Assembly (NCBI GenBank): GCA_965243205.1
Contig: CBDEUK010000002.1
Location: 1,632,001 to 1,696,000, forward strand
Origin: Gammaproteobacteria bacterium
GTDB lineage: Bacteria > Pseudomonadota > Gammaproteobacteria > Eutrophobiales > Eutrophobiaceae
Reading direction: 5' to 3'
Length of the DNA: 64,000 nucleotides
The notes beneath the pieces were generated by a model, which saw only the letters and a list, made by a program, of their open reading frames with translations, was not told the DNA's origin and did no database searches. Below, piece by piece: positions 1-10,545 of the stretch (position 1 is its first letter; each line of letters begins with the position of its first letter). The translations under genes and the position numbers were made by a program.

Positions 1-1
1 T

Positions 2-580
2 AACGAACAAGAGTCAGAACTGCATAATTCTCCTCTAGGCTCGTTAACCGACTGGGAAACCCTGCCTGAAAATAGTGATTTACTTTTCTATGAAGGCCTG
101 CATGGTGGTGTTAAAACCGACTCAGTGGATGTCAGCCAATTTGTGGACTTATTAATTGGCGTCGTACCAATTATTAATTTGGAATGGATTCAAAAAATTC
201 ACCGAGACCAATCAGTACGAGGTTATACTGCTGAAGACGCAACCAATATGATCCTTGGCCGAATGCATGATTACGTCCATTACATAACACCGCAATTTTC
301 TCTAACAGATATCAATTTCCAACGCGTGCCGACGATTGATACGTCCAATCCATTCGCAGCGGATCATATTCCGACCAATGATGAAAGTTTCACTGTGATT
401 CATATTCGTAACCAGGAAAAAATCCAAGTCGATTACCAATATTTGCTAAAAATGCTCGAAGGCTCATCTATGTCTTCACCTGACACAATTTTAATACCCT
501 CAGGCAAGATGTTATTTGCCATGCAATTGATTTTAAATCCCGTGATTCGTAATCTCATGACTGAGAAAAATGATGAATGA
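2..580 (+). CDS. prkB: Phosphoribulokinase, C-terminal part (runs off the left edge)
   Basis: Frame is open from position 2; contains LLFYEGLHGG, VDLLIGVVPIINLEWIQKIHRD and DINFQRVPTIDTSNPF, typical proteobacterial PRK motifs. Confidence 0.9.
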   Translation, partial: NEQESELHNSPLGSLTDWETLPENSDLLFYEGLHGGVKTDSVDVSQFVDLLIGVVPIINLEWIQKIHRDQSVRGYTAEDATNMILGRMHDYVHYITPQFSLTDINFQRVPTIDTSNPFAADHIPTNDESFTVIHIRNQEKIQVDYQYLLKMLEGSSMSSPDTILIPSGKMLFAMQLILNPVIRNLMTEKNDE

Positions 581-645
581 TGTGGATTTTTACTGAGTAA
601 TTTTTAAACTGTCGCTATAATGACCAGATCAAAAGGATAATAACA

Positions 646-1290
646 ATGAAATCCATTCTTATATTAAATCCAAAAGGCGGATCGGGTAAAACGACCATTG
701 CCACTAATTTAGCTGGTTATTTAGCTACTCAAGGCAAAAATGTTGCCTTAGCAGATATGGATCCGCAAGGTTCCAGTAACGACTGGCTCGCCGTCAGACC
801 TGATGCTCGCCCTGTAATCACTGCTGGAACCCATGGTGATACGAAGAATATCCGTGTTGATAAATCCACTGATATATTAATCATCGATTCACCCGCTGCA
901 TTACAAGGTAAAAAATTAGCGACCTTCATTAAAAATGCTGATTGTTTACTAATGCCAATTACTCCGTCACCTATCGATATTCGGGCGGCCGAAAAATTCT
1001 TTGAAGATTTAGTCGCACAAAAAAAATCGATAAACAAAAAAATTAAAATTGCTAGCATCGCAACTCGCGTACGTGAAGACACCATCGCTGCTGCAAAGCT
1101 TGAATATTATTTAGATGGCCTTAAGCTTCCAGGTGGGCAATCGTTACCGTTTTTATCTGTATTACGTATGAGTCAAAACTATATTCATGCGGCCGAACAG
1201 GGCTTGAGTATTTTTGAACTGGCTCCATCTAAGACCTACTATGATTTGGAGCAATGGCAGCCCATCATTAAATGGATCAATAAGATCTAG
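646..1290 (+). CDS. ParA/MinD-family ATPase (no parB nearby)
   Basis: Deviant Walker A NPKGGSGKTT, ADMDPQGS, IIDSP motifs. Confidence 0.85.
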   Translation: MKSILILNPKGGSGKTTIATNLAGYLATQGKNVALADMDPQGSSNDWLAVRPDARPVITAGTHGDTKNIRVDKSTDILIIDSPAALQGKKLATFIKNADCLLMPITPSPIDIRAAEKFFEDLVAQKKSINKKIKIASIATRVREDTIAAAKLEYYLDGLKLPGGQSLPFLSVLRMSQNYIHAAEQGLSIFELAPSKTYYDLEQWQPIIKWINKI

Positions 1291-1316
1291 CATCATCTTT
1301 TTACCAAGCAGGTTTT

Positions 1317-2336
1317 ATGTCTTATAAGGTTACTCTACAGCCCGATGAAACTTCGTTCGAAGTTTTGCAAAATGAAACGGTTCTTGATGCAGCTTTGCGT
1401 CAAGGCGTAAGGCTACCTTATGGCTGTCGCGATGGTGCCTGTGGCGCCTGTAAATCAAAAGTTATTGATGGTACATTTTCATATATTAAACAAGATCTAT
1501 CAGGTCTATCTGATAAAGATAAATCGAATGGTTTTGGGTTAATGTGCCAAGCAATAGCGAATTCGGATTTGAATATCGAAGCTCGGCTAGCCAATACTCC
1601 AAATGAAATACAAATCCGTAAACTTCCCTGTAGAGTCATGCATATAGATAAATTAACGCATGACGTGGTGAGACTAAAATTAAAATTACCCAAGACAGAA
1701 CGTTTAGCATTTTTGGCGGGTCAATATATCGATATCTTAATGAGTGATGGCAAACAACGTTCGTTTTCCCTTGCTAATGCACCACATGACGACGAGTTTT
1801 TAGAATTACATATTCGCTATTATGAAGGTGGGGCATTTTCAGAATATGCTTTTAACGATCTTTCTGAAAAAACTTTATTAAGACTTGAAGGACCACATGG
1901 TAGTTTTTATTTTCGAGAAGATAGCGATAGACCAGTCATTATGGTGGCTGGCGGTACTGGTTTTGCTCCAGTTAAAAGTATTATCGAACACACTTTAGCC
2001 GCAGGAATACATCGTCCAATTAAATTCTACTGGGGCGTTCGAGCAAAATCTGATCTGTACCTAGCTGAATTAGCCGAGTCATGGACAAGTCAATACGATC
2101 ATATCGAATATATCCCTGTACTATCCGAACCGATACCTGAAGATAACTGGCAAGGACGCACTGGTTATGTACATGAAGCAGTATTAGAAGATTTTGAAAA
2201 CTTCAGTGCGTATGAAGTATATACATGTGGTCCACCACCCATGACCAAAGCCGTGTGTGAAAGTGTTGCCGCGAAAGGCTTAGAAGAAAAATATATTTAT
2301 TCGGATTCGTTTGAGTTTGCTGCGGCTAAAGAATAG
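1317..2336 (+). CDS. 2Fe-2S ferredoxin-NAD(P)H flavin reductase (CDP-6-deoxy-delta-3,4-glucoseen reductase family)
   Basis: N-terminal CRDGACGAC...C cluster motif, RSFS FAD motif, AGGTGFAP, YTCGPP. Confidence 0.88.
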   Translation: MSYKVTLQPDETSFEVLQNETVLDAALRQGVRLPYGCRDGACGACKSKVIDGTFSYIKQDLSGLSDKDKSNGFGLMCQAIANSDLNIEARLANTPNEIQIRKLPCRVMHIDKLTHDVVRLKLKLPKTERLAFLAGQYIDILMSDGKQRSFSLANAPHDDEFLELHIRYYEGGAFSEYAFNDLSEKTLLRLEGPHGSFYFREDSDRPVIMVAGGTGFAPVKSIIEHTLAAGIHRPIKFYWGVRAKSDLYLAELAESWTSQYDHIEYIPVLSEPIPEDNWQGRTGYVHEAVLEDFENFSAYEVYTCGPPPMTKAVCESVAAKGLEEKYIYSDSFEFAAAKE

Positions 2337-2339
2337 TTA

Positions 2340-3560
2340 TTAAGAGCTCGGCAAGCGTTTCTGATTTGTGATATTACTTGGATCAGCGGCAATCGATAAT
2401 CCCAAACGATGGTAGTTTGAAGCCAATTCTGGTTCGTTTAATTCTTGTTGTAACAATTGCGCAAGTTCGTAAAACAATTCTGGGCTTTTTTCGTACTCAG
2501 CACACTCTTCAAAATATTCGCGCGCTTTGCCCCATAGTTGATTCTTGATACATAACCTGCCTAAGGTTAATAACAAGGTTGGATCGTTAGCATGGTTTTT
2601 TAATAAACCCTCGGCAAAGGATAATTGCGCAGACAAATCATTACCCTTTACCAAGCCATAAAGACGTACTAAACGCTCATCCCATTCTTTTTTAATCGAT
2701 TTACGCAGTAATAATTCACTGTCTTGATGATTTTCAAAACGTAAACGTTGTTGTACATAAACGTCGATTAAATATAACTCTGCACGAAGTTTTTTTGGAA
2801 TGGCTAACCACGTGTTACTTAAAGTCTGTTCATTATTACTTAATCCCGCATCTTCCAACTTACCTGCGTACGCTTGTAATTCATACGCTTTATACATATC
2901 TGCTATTAAGGCCGATTGTTTTTTAAGTTTTGGTAAAAGTTCTAAAACCTTTGACCATTCTTGTAAATCAATATAACTCGATAGCAACATACGGTTAACT
3001 TCAACTTGCTTAGGGTCATCATCATGTAATTTAGTGAGTGTTGCTAAAGCTTGCTCACGTTGATTTTGATCCATTTGTAATTTGGCTTGTGTAATACCAA
3101 CGGAAGCGTTTTTATCGTGTAAATCATGTGCAAGACTTAAATAATGATCACGAAGATCCAGTTCGCCCATCTGTTGAGCGGCCCTTGCTGCACCTAAATA
3201 ATTAAGTGTCGGATTTTTGCTGTACTTAGCACCCTTGCTTAATAATGACTCTGCCTTACGCCAATTTCCTTCTATTAAAGCAGTCATACCACTACTTAAA
3301 TATTCAGCATTATTAATCGAGTCTTTGCGTTGTTTATATTTTTGATAATCTTTTCCAGCTGAGGCAAATTTAAAAATTAAGCGCGTTAGTATGTAAAAAC
3401 TAATACATAATAAAATTAAACTAATAATAAAAAAGTTAAACGATGTTTGAACTGTATAATCGCCAAATGAAAAAACCATGTATCCATCATTACTTCCACC
3501 GACAACACCAATCAAAGCAGCAAGTGCTAATGCAATAATAACTGTAATTAGTAGTTTCAT
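2340..3560 (-). CDS. hemY: Heme biosynthesis-associated TPR membrane protein HemY
   Basis: Two N-terminal TM segments, EGNWRKAE, LGAARAA, LGRLC..QLWGKA; last gene of hemC-D-X-Y. Confidence 0.88.
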   Translation of the reverse strand: MKLLITVIIALALAALIGVVGGSNDGYMVFSFGDYTVQTSFNFFIISLILLCISFYILTRLIFKFASAGKDYQKYKQRKDSINNAEYLSSGMTALIEGNWRKAESLLSKGAKYSKNPTLNYLGAARAAQQMGELDLRDHYLSLAHDLHDKNASVGITQAKLQMDQNQREQALATLTKLHDDDPKQVEVNRMLLSSYIDLQEWSKVLELLPKLKKQSALIADMYKAYELQAYAGKLEDAGLSNNEQTLSNTWLAIPKKLRAELYLIDVYVQQRLRFENHQDSELLLRKSIKKEWDERLVRLYGLVKGNDLSAQLSFAEGLLKNHANDPTLLLTLGRLCIKNQLWGKAREYFEECAEYEKSPELFYELAQLLQQELNEPELASNYHRLGLSIAADPSNITNQKRLPSS

Positions 3561-3575
3561 ATCAACTCATCACAA

Positions 3576-4706
3576 TTAGTTATTATCAGATTGGTTATTA
3601 CGAATCACAGCCCTTAACGTTTCCAAAGAAGAACTGATATCAGGCATCTCGGGTTTTAATTCAACCGATTTCATTTTCGATAATGCTTCTATGATATTTA
3701 TCACGGCAGCATCATTCGATTTAAAATGTTGTTCTAACCATGCAGTGATCGTATCCACACTTGCATGTAGATTTTTCGTATCTTGAGTAAGAACTGCAAA
3801 CTTAGCGTTTTGTAATTGAAGACGTAAATTTTGATATAAATAATATTCTTGTTCGGGTAATAAAAACGCATTGCTACCATCTAATTCATCTTTATGTTTT
3901 ATGACTAAATTACTTTTCAGCTCTTGCCAAACTAAACCAGGTAAGCTTAATAAATTTTGCTGCCAAGTTTTATTTTCAGAAGATGTCGCTTCAGAATTAG
4001 TAGATGTATCCGTCTTGGTAAGAACTGAATTATCCTTTAAAGGTAAATTATCTACTTTGCTAATGAGATCTGATAAATACAAACTCATTCCAGAAGTATC
4101 TACTTTATTAACTGCTTTAAGCTTATTAATATCAGTCGTTAACTGTTGGCGTATTGTTAATAAACTTGGATCGGATAAATCTTTTAATCTTAAATCTGCA
4201 GTTTCTAATGCAGTGATCGCTGTTTGTGGATCATTCGCGAGTTGTAATCTTTGTAACGCAATAACAATTAAGTTTTCTATTTCTGCTAGAGACCAATCTA
4301 GGTTTGAATCAGGCCTTTCTTGATTTAGTGCAGTTAAGGTTTCTTGGATAGCCGTCTGATTGGTTTGTAATTCTTCAATCGCGGACTGTTGTTTTTCTTC
4401 GTTCGCAGTCGTTGATTCCAGTTTTTGTTTTAGTTGAGTTTCTAATTGTTCAACATCAGCTAAATTATTATCAATATTTGATTGAACTTGACTCTCAATA
4501 TCTGTTTTTAAAGCAGCAAGCTGTTGATGACCATGAGAGTAAATGTAATAAACTGCAGCAGCTAACGCCAAGATGCCTAAAAAACTAATGATCGCTAGCC
4601 ATTTAATCCATGAAGGAAAACTGGCTTCAACAGAATTCTCCGTTGTTAAATCGAACTCCGTGACGCTTTGGTCGGATTCGTTGTTTTGTTCTGTATCGTT
4701 ACTCAC
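3576..4706 (-). CDS. hemX: HemX family protein
   Basis: TM anchor plus coiled coil, WSLAEIE..A.QRL, LYQNLRLQL; probable GTG start at 4706 behind a GAGGAAGG RBS. Confidence 0.85.
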   Translation of the reverse strand: MSNDTEQNNESDQSVTEFDLTTENSVEASFPSWIKWLAIISFLGILALAAAVYYIYSHGHQQLAALKTDIESQVQSNIDNNLADVEQLETQLKQKLESTTANEEKQQSAIEELQTNQTAIQETLTALNQERPDSNLDWSLAEIENLIVIALQRLQLANDPQTAITALETADLRLKDLSDPSLLTIRQQLTTDINKLKAVNKVDTSGMSLYLSDLISKVDNLPLKDNSVLTKTDTSTNSEATSSENKTWQQNLLSLPGLVWQELKSNLVIKHKDELDGSNAFLLPEQEYYLYQNLRLQLQNAKFAVLTQDTKNLHASVDTITAWLEQHFKSNDAAVINIIEALSKMKSVELKPEMPDISSSLETLRAVIRNNQSDNN

Positions 4707-5463
4707 TGCCTTCCTCTTCAAAACACTGTTTCAATGCACTTATTAAACCATAAACATTCGTTGTCTCAGCAATCCAACTGTTTGCATGAAAACCCATTTG
4801 ATACACAGAATCTTGGCTGCGTTGACTCATTACAATAGTTGGGATTTCATTAACAGACCTTTCATAAGGTGTTGAATTCAATATTTTTTTTAAGTTTTCC
4901 GCTGCCTCGTTACTGGTTAACACTAACGCATCTGGCAACGTATCCCAAACTTGCTCCAGTTTGAGCTTATCATAGCACGGACATAGGCGTTCATAGAGCG
5001 CTAATGTATCTACCCGATTAGCCGATTTAGACAACTTACTCTGCAATAATTTGCGTCCTCCCAATCCTGATAAAATCAAAATGTTTTCATCTTTGATTTT
5101 ATCAGCTTGTAATTCTGGAATAGTTAATAACTGCTCACTATTGGATATACCATTAGGAAGTATGACTTGTTCCATTCCTTGAGCGTGTAATGCCGTTGTC
5201 GTTGCTTGCCCGATAGCAATTACTTGCTTAGATTTAAAATCTTGTAGATGCCAATATTGAAATGCAGCATCAACCGAATTGCGACTGGTAAAGATAAGAG
5301 TGGAATAGTTATTAAGCTGCGGAAATTTAATCTGCTCAAGAAATTTGATCTCAATGGTTGGAAACCGTATAGCTAACCATCCTTGTTCTTCAATTAACGC
5401 ACAAAGCTCTTCGGCTTGATGAGCCGGCCGAGTGACCAATACACGATATTGCTTATACGCCAT
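4699..5463 (-). CDS. hemD: Uroporphyrinogen-III synthase
   Basis: VLVTRP, IFTSRNSV, AIGQAT, YERLCP; directly downstream of hemC. Confidence 0.92.
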   Translation of the reverse strand: MAYKQYRVLVTRPAHQAEELCALIEEQGWLAIRFPTIEIKFLEQIKFPQLNNYSTLIFTSRNSVDAAFQYWHLQDFKSKQVIAIGQATTTALHAQGMEQVILPNGISNSEQLLTIPELQADKIKDENILILSGLGGRKLLQSKLSKSANRVDTLALYERLCPCYDKLKLEQVWDTLPDALVLTSNEAAENLKKILNSTPYERSVNEIPTIVMSQRSQDSVYQMGFHANSWIAETTNVYGLISALKQCFEEEGSE

Positions 5464-6389
5464 TAATCACGGTTAACCATCGATTCCAGAATTTTATCCG
5501 CACCTTTGGTTAATAATTGCTCTGCCAATTGTTCACCTAAAGATTCGGCATCCTTAACATCACCTTTGATATCCGCAGTAATGATTTCAGTACCATCAAC
5601 CTTACCAACTAAACCTTGCATATTGATAACATCATTTTTCAATTCTGCAAAAGCTGCTATTGGTAATTGGCAACCGCCATAGAGTTTTTTACTGGCTGCT
5701 CTCTCAGCAGAGATTCGGGAAGCAGTTGCACTATGTTCTAAGCAACTAATTAACTCTATCGTTTGTGGATCATTTTCTCGTGTTTCAATCCCAATAGCAG
5801 CTTGTCCAACAGCTGGCAATAAGACATCTGTCGAAATATATTCGCTAATTCTTTCTGCAAGTCCTAAACGTTTTATCCCAGCTGTTGCTAATATAATGGC
5901 ATCGTATTGACCATCGTCTAACTTACCTAATCGAGTACCAACATTGCCACGTAAATCTTTCAATTCTAAATCTGGTCGCAGTTTTCGTAACTGGCATTGT
6001 CTTCTAACACTCGACGTACCAACGACTGCATTTTCTGGCAGTTCGGATAAGGACGAATACTTATTCGATATAAAGGCATCTCTGGGATCTTCGCGTTCCA
6101 TGATCACAGATAACTGCAAGCCTGATGGAAAGTCAGCAGTCACATCTTTCATTGAATGAACCGCTATATCCGCTCTGTCTTCTAAAATCGCTTGCTCTAA
6201 CTCTTTCATGAACAACCCTTTGCCACCAATTTGCGAGAGCGGTGCTGACAAAAATCGATCGCCCTGAGTCGACATCGGCACTAATTCAACCTGTAAATCT
6301 GGGTGCTTTTTCTCTAATTCTTGTTGAACATGTTCAGCTTGCCACAAAGCAAGCGGGCTCTTTCGAGTCGCAATTCTAATAACAGACAT
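5463..6389 (-). CDS. hemC: Hydroxymethylbilane synthase (porphobilinogen deaminase)
   Basis: [47 protein letters not shown]. Confidence 0.97.
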   Translation of the reverse strand: MSVIRIATRKSPLALWQAEHVQQELEKKHPDLQVELVPMSTQGDRFLSAPLSQIGGKGLFMKELEQAILEDRADIAVHSMKDVTADFPSGLQLSVIMEREDPRDAFISNKYSSLSELPENAVVGTSSVRRQCQLRKLRPDLELKDLRGNVGTRLGKLDDGQYDAIILATAGIKRLGLAERISEYISTDVLLPAVGQAAIGIETRENDPQTIELISCLEHSATASRISAERAASKKLYGGCQLPIAAFAELKNDVINMQGLVGKVDGTEIITADIKGDVKDAESLGEQLAEQLLTKGADKILESMVNRD

Positions 6390-6474
6390 GATTAAAATTT
6401 GGAGTTTAAATTATTGATGGATTAAGCTGTGAATATTACACCATAGCTTATCAATTTACTTTAAGATTCAAACT

Positions 6475-7428
6475 ATGAAACTTGCTATTGTTATGGATCC
6501 GATTCAGCGGATCAAAATTGAAAAAGACAGCTCTTTTGCTATGTTACTCGCCGCACAAAAACGCGGCTTGCAACTATTTTATATCGAACCAAACGACCTA
6601 TTTCTAGATCACGACCTAGCCTGTGCCAAAACTAAAGGACTCATTGTTAAAGACGATCTAAAAGGATGGTATGAATTTACCAGTGAACAAGTCAGTGAAC
6701 TTGGTGATTTTGATATTATTTTAATGCGCCAAGACCCGCCAGTAACGCCGGAATATTACGTCGCAACCTACATTTTGGAACATGCGCAAAAAGCGGGGGC
6801 GCGGGTAGTAAACGATCCAAGAAGCCTACGTGATGTGAATGAAAAGATTTATTGCACCTGGTTTGCAGATGTGATGTCACCTACATTGGTCAGTAAAGAT
6901 CAAACGACATTAATGAGTTTTTTAGATGTACATAAAGACATCATCGTAAAACCTTTGCATAGCATGGGCGGTGATTCTATTTTTCGAATTCAACAAGGCG
7001 ATCCCAATACATCAGCCATGTTGGAAGCCGTTAGTACAAAATTTTCTCAGTTCATCATGGCGCAAAAATACGTTCCAGAAATCACTCAAGGTGATAAACG
7101 TATTTTATTAATCAATGGTAAACCCGTGCCCTATGCCTTAGCCAGAATACCTAAATCTGGCGAAACCCGTGGCAATTTAGCGGCTGGCGGTACTGGTAAA
7201 GCAATTCCATTATCTGAACACGATTATGAAATCTGTCATCGAGTTGGAAATAAACTGATTGAAAAAGGCCTATACTTTGTAGGCCTCGATGTGATTGGCG
7301 ACTACTTAACAGAGATTAATGTCACTAGCCCAACCTGTATTAGAGAGCTTGATAAGGCAGAAAATTTGGATATTGCAGGTGATTTTATTGATTTCTTAGT
7401 TGATGAATGTAGCAAAAAATTTGCTTAA
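6475..7428 (+). CDS. gshB: Glutathione synthetase
   Basis: MDPI...KDSSFAML, MRQDPP, RGNLAAGG, EINVTSPTC. Confidence 0.96.
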   Translation: MKLAIVMDPIQRIKIEKDSSFAMLLAAQKRGLQLFYIEPNDLFLDHDLACAKTKGLIVKDDLKGWYEFTSEQVSELGDFDIILMRQDPPVTPEYYVATYILEHAQKAGARVVNDPRSLRDVNEKIYCTWFADVMSPTLVSKDQTTLMSFLDVHKDIIVKPLHSMGGDSIFRIQQGDPNTSAMLEAVSTKFSQFIMAQKYVPEITQGDKRILLINGKPVPYALARIPKSGETRGNLAAGGTGKAIPLSEHDYEICHRVGNKLIEKGLYFVGLDVIGDYLTEINVTSPTCIRELDKAENLDIAGDFIDFLVDECSKKFA

Positions 7429-7502
7429 ACTAGCCCAGATATTAACTGTCTTATCGTTTCCAAGTATAATCTTTCCAATGCCTAAAACGCTGATCTTATA
7501 AT

Positions 7503-8525
7503 TTGTCTGCTGTAGCACCACAACCCATCGTCACTTCGCTGGATCGGTTTGGTCTGACCTTATGTTTGGCCATCATCATGCACGCCTTGATTATTCTCGG
7601 CATTACTTTTGCGCCTGAAGATATTATCCAACCGCGTTATGAAACGATGGAAATTATATTGGTTCAGCAAAGCGAAAAAAAAGCGCCGAAAGATGCAGAC
7701 TTCCTCGGCCAAGCAAATTTAGAAGGTGGGGGAGAAGATGAAGAAAAGGTGAGTCCTTCTACTCCAGTCCCAGCCCCTTTCCCTGAGCAAACTCCAGAAA
7801 TGACGGCTGCTCCAGATTTTGAAGAAGCTCCACCTCCTGAACCACCAACCCCTCCTGCACCTGAAGAAACTATAGTGGAAGCTGAACCACCTGCGGCCAA
7901 CCAGGAAGAAACCTTATTGCTTGCGGAAAATTCTGATGTCAAAGAAATCGTTCCCGAACCAGTCAAACAGGACGAGCCCATCGAAGCGCCGCCAAAGCCC
8001 ATTGAAACCAAGCCCGAGCCTGTTGCAAAAGAGGAAGTGAAAAAAACACCTCCTAAACCTAAACCCATGCCCAAACTTGAAACACCAAGCGCTGCTTCCT
8101 TATTAACCAATAGTTTAAAAATTGCCTCTTTAAGTGCAGAAATTCGTCGCAAGATGGAATCTAAAGCACAGAGGCCGAAACGTAAATTTGTATCAGCAAG
8201 CACAAAGGAATTTAAGTACGCAACCTATATGGAGGCTTGGCGTGCGAAAGTGGAAAGAGTTGGTAATTTAAATTATCCCGACGAAGCGAGAAGAAATAAA
8301 TTAAACGGTAGCTTGATTTTAGATGTGGCTTTGAATCCAGATGGCAGCATCAATGAAATTATTGTACGCAAACCTTCGGGTCATAAAGTATTAGATGACG
8401 CTGCAATTCGCATTGTAGAACTTGCGGCACCTTATGCAGAATTTCCAGAAAGTTTTCGCAGTGAAGTGGATCTTCTCCACATCACACGAACCTGGCGTTT
8501 TATGAACAGTAAAGGGTTTCGCTAA
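7503..8525 (+). CDS. Energy transducer TonB family protein
   Basis: N-terminal TM with His, Pro/Glu-rich linker, C-terminal NLNYPDEARR and SGHKVLDDAAIRIV; usual position after gshB. Confidence 0.88.
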   Translation: MSAVAPQPIVTSLDRFGLTLCLAIIMHALIILGITFAPEDIIQPRYETMEIILVQQSEKKAPKDADFLGQANLEGGGEDEEKVSPSTPVPAPFPEQTPEMTAAPDFEEAPPPEPPTPPAPEETIVEAEPPAANQEETLLLAENSDVKEIVPEPVKQDEPIEAPPKPIETKPEPVAKEEVKKTPPKPKPMPKLETPSAASLLTNSLKIASLSAEIRRKMESKAQRPKRKFVSASTKEFKYATYMEAWRAKVERVGNLNYPDEARRNKLNGSLILDVALNPDGSINEIIVRKPSGHKVLDDAAIRIVELAAPYAEFPESFRSEVDLLHITRTWRFMNSKGFR

Positions 8526-8531
8526 ACTTAG

Positions 8532-9605
8532 TTAATAAAAATCAAACTCGAAACTCACCGCATTATCTTCGTAACCGCTTAACTCCATTACAAAATGAAC
8601 TGGTGAGTTAGCCGCCATACCTTGAGCAATGTTTATGTTTTCTTCCAAGTATTCTTTTGGCTTGAACCTTCGATAAGAAACCATTTCACCATTAGTATCA
8701 AATAAACTTAATTGGATATTAGGATAAGGCACGGTGGTTTCGCCTTGATTTTCCATGACTGCGTTAACTAATAAACTATCTTGATAGGCCGGGTGTAGTC
8801 GCACATCACGATTGATAATTTGTAGTTTTGAGAAATCTTTATTTCTGTAAACATTACATTTGAACTGTGCGCAAAGTTGATTGTAATAGCTAACAGTCTT
8901 TGGATGTTGCTGCATAATGTTATCGCGTTGAAACCAAACATATTGAGCAGCTAAACCAAGTAATAAAATAATCCCCAACAACCACCAAAATACATTGCTA
9001 GCAGTACTAGAAACTTCAAGTTCTTCATCTAATAAATCTACTGCATAATGGTTAGTATCAAAATTATCATCGATTATAGAATTATTATCATTGATGGTTG
9101 GTTCTATTGATAGGACCTCATCAAGCTCATCTTTATCAATTGATTCGGTTGATAGCTGCTGAATCAAACTATCTAGGTCATCATCTTTTTCCAAAGTTTT
9201 AACTAATTCTGGTTCAAACTCTTCTTGTTCTTGTTTTGAATCCGCCACTTTCAGAATTTCTGCTGCAGTGACCGAATCGATAACATTATCTTTTTCTGAA
9301 CGCTCGGGTTGTAAATTAACCGCAGTATCAACTTCTTCCGATACATCCTTAGCTGCTTCTTCCACGACAGGTTGAATTATATTTTCTTCTTCAATCTCTT
9401 GTTCTATGGAAGCCAACACTTCATCCATTGAAGGTTCAGTTTGTTGAATTTGCTCTTGCTCGGTTGGGTTGATGGAATCAGATAGGTTTTCTAAGGCATT
9501 GAATTGATTACCGCAATAACCACACATAACCTGGCCTTCCGCGGCATTTAATTGATCAGCACGGATACGAAATTGGCGATGGCATTCAGTACAAGTCGTA
9601 TACAT
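8532..9605 (-). CDS. Zinc-ribbon / DUF3426 membrane protein
   Basis: N-terminal CTEC...CGYC zinc ribbon, acidic linker, TM helix, conserved position after prmA. Confidence 0.85.
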   Translation of the reverse strand: MYTTCTECHRQFRIRADQLNAAEGQVMCGYCGNQFNALENLSDSINPTEQEQIQQTEPSMDEVLASIEQEIEEENIIQPVVEEAAKDVSEEVDTAVNLQPERSEKDNVIDSVTAAEILKVADSKQEQEEFEPELVKTLEKDDDLDSLIQQLSTESIDKDELDEVLSIEPTINDNNSIIDDNFDTNHYAVDLLDEELEVSSTASNVFWWLLGIILLLGLAAQYVWFQRDNIMQQHPKTVSYYNQLCAQFKCNVYRNKDFSKLQIINRDVRLHPAYQDSLLVNAVMENQGETTVPYPNIQLSLFDTNGEMVSYRRFKPKEYLEENINIAQGMAANSPVHFVMELSGYEDNAVSFEFDFY

Positions 9606-9618
9606 AGTCTATTCAATA

Positions 9619-10503
9619 TTATTTTCGAACACCGTCTATGAAAGCCCACTCTTGTTCAACGATAGGAGTATTCATATTAAACCACTGCTCATAAGACGCC
9701 AAACATTCATCTGTTTGAGTACCTAACAAACCTGATAAACCTATCAATCCATTAGCTTCAACTAAGCTAGCTAATTCTTCGCAAAGTTCTTTTAATGGAT
9801 TCAATAAAACATTTGCAACTAATACTGCACTTGCTGGAATTGGGGTTTCACTTGGTAATGTTGCGATTATTTTATCCGCAAGATTATTTTTTTCCGCATT
9901 GGCGTTTGTAGCTATGATCGCTTGAGGATCAATATCGATCGCATATACTTTTTCGGCACCTAAACGTACACAAGCCAATGCTAATATTCCTGAACCACAA
10001 CCAAAATCGATAACCGTTTTACCGTTTAAGTCGATGGACTCTAACCATTGTAAACATAAACGAGTCGTCGCATGCGTGCCAGTTCCAAACGCTAGGCCAG
10101 GGTCTAAAATAATTGGCGCGACAGCAGACTCAGGTGGTTGTAACCAACTCGGACAAATACAAATACTCTCACCAATCCATTGTAGAGAAACCGAGTTTTT
10201 ATAATCTTGTTCCCAATCTTTATCTTCAATCAATGAAATTGAACGGTTTTGAATCGCGTCAGTACCAATGCGTTCACGCATACAAACCAAAAGAATATCC
10301 ATATCAACATCGTCGGGCAGTAAACCTGAAACTTCTGTACTTTCCCATAAAACTTGTTCGTTAGCTTCATTTGGCTGACTAAAAATCTTCTCATCACTAA
10401 CACCAACAAAACTTACCGCTTGAGCACCAAAGAGCTCCAGAAACTCGGCGAGTTCTTCAGCTCTTTTAGCATTGGTAGTAATAGATAATTTAAGCCAAGC
10501 CAT
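9619..10503 (-). CDS. prmA: Ribosomal protein L11 methyltransferase
   Basis: LDPGLAFGTGTHATTRLCL, IDFGCGSGILA, DIDPQA. Confidence 0.96.
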   Translation of the reverse strand: MAWLKLSITTNAKRAEELAEFLELFGAQAVSFVGVSDEKIFSQPNEANEQVLWESTEVSGLLPDDVDMDILLVCMRERIGTDAIQNRSISLIEDKDWEQDYKNSVSLQWIGESICICPSWLQPPESAVAPIILDPGLAFGTGTHATTRLCLQWLESIDLNGKTVIDFGCGSGILALACVRLGAEKVYAIDIDPQAIIATNANAEKNNLADKIIATLPSETPIPASAVLVANVLLNPLKELCEELASLVEANGLIGLSGLLGTQTDECLASYEQWFNMNTPIVEQEWAFIDGVRK

Positions 10504-10545
10504 GGCTAAATAATAAAGCCTTTCGCGATAGCAACGAACAAATTG

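Noticed and set aside
2-580. prkB as proof of autotrophy
   Set aside because: PRK homologues also occur in heterotrophic Gammaproteobacteria, and no RuBisCO is in this window
7750-8080. Repetitive Pro/Glu/Lys-coding sequence
   Set aside because: Normal TonB proline-rich linker, not a DNA repeat element
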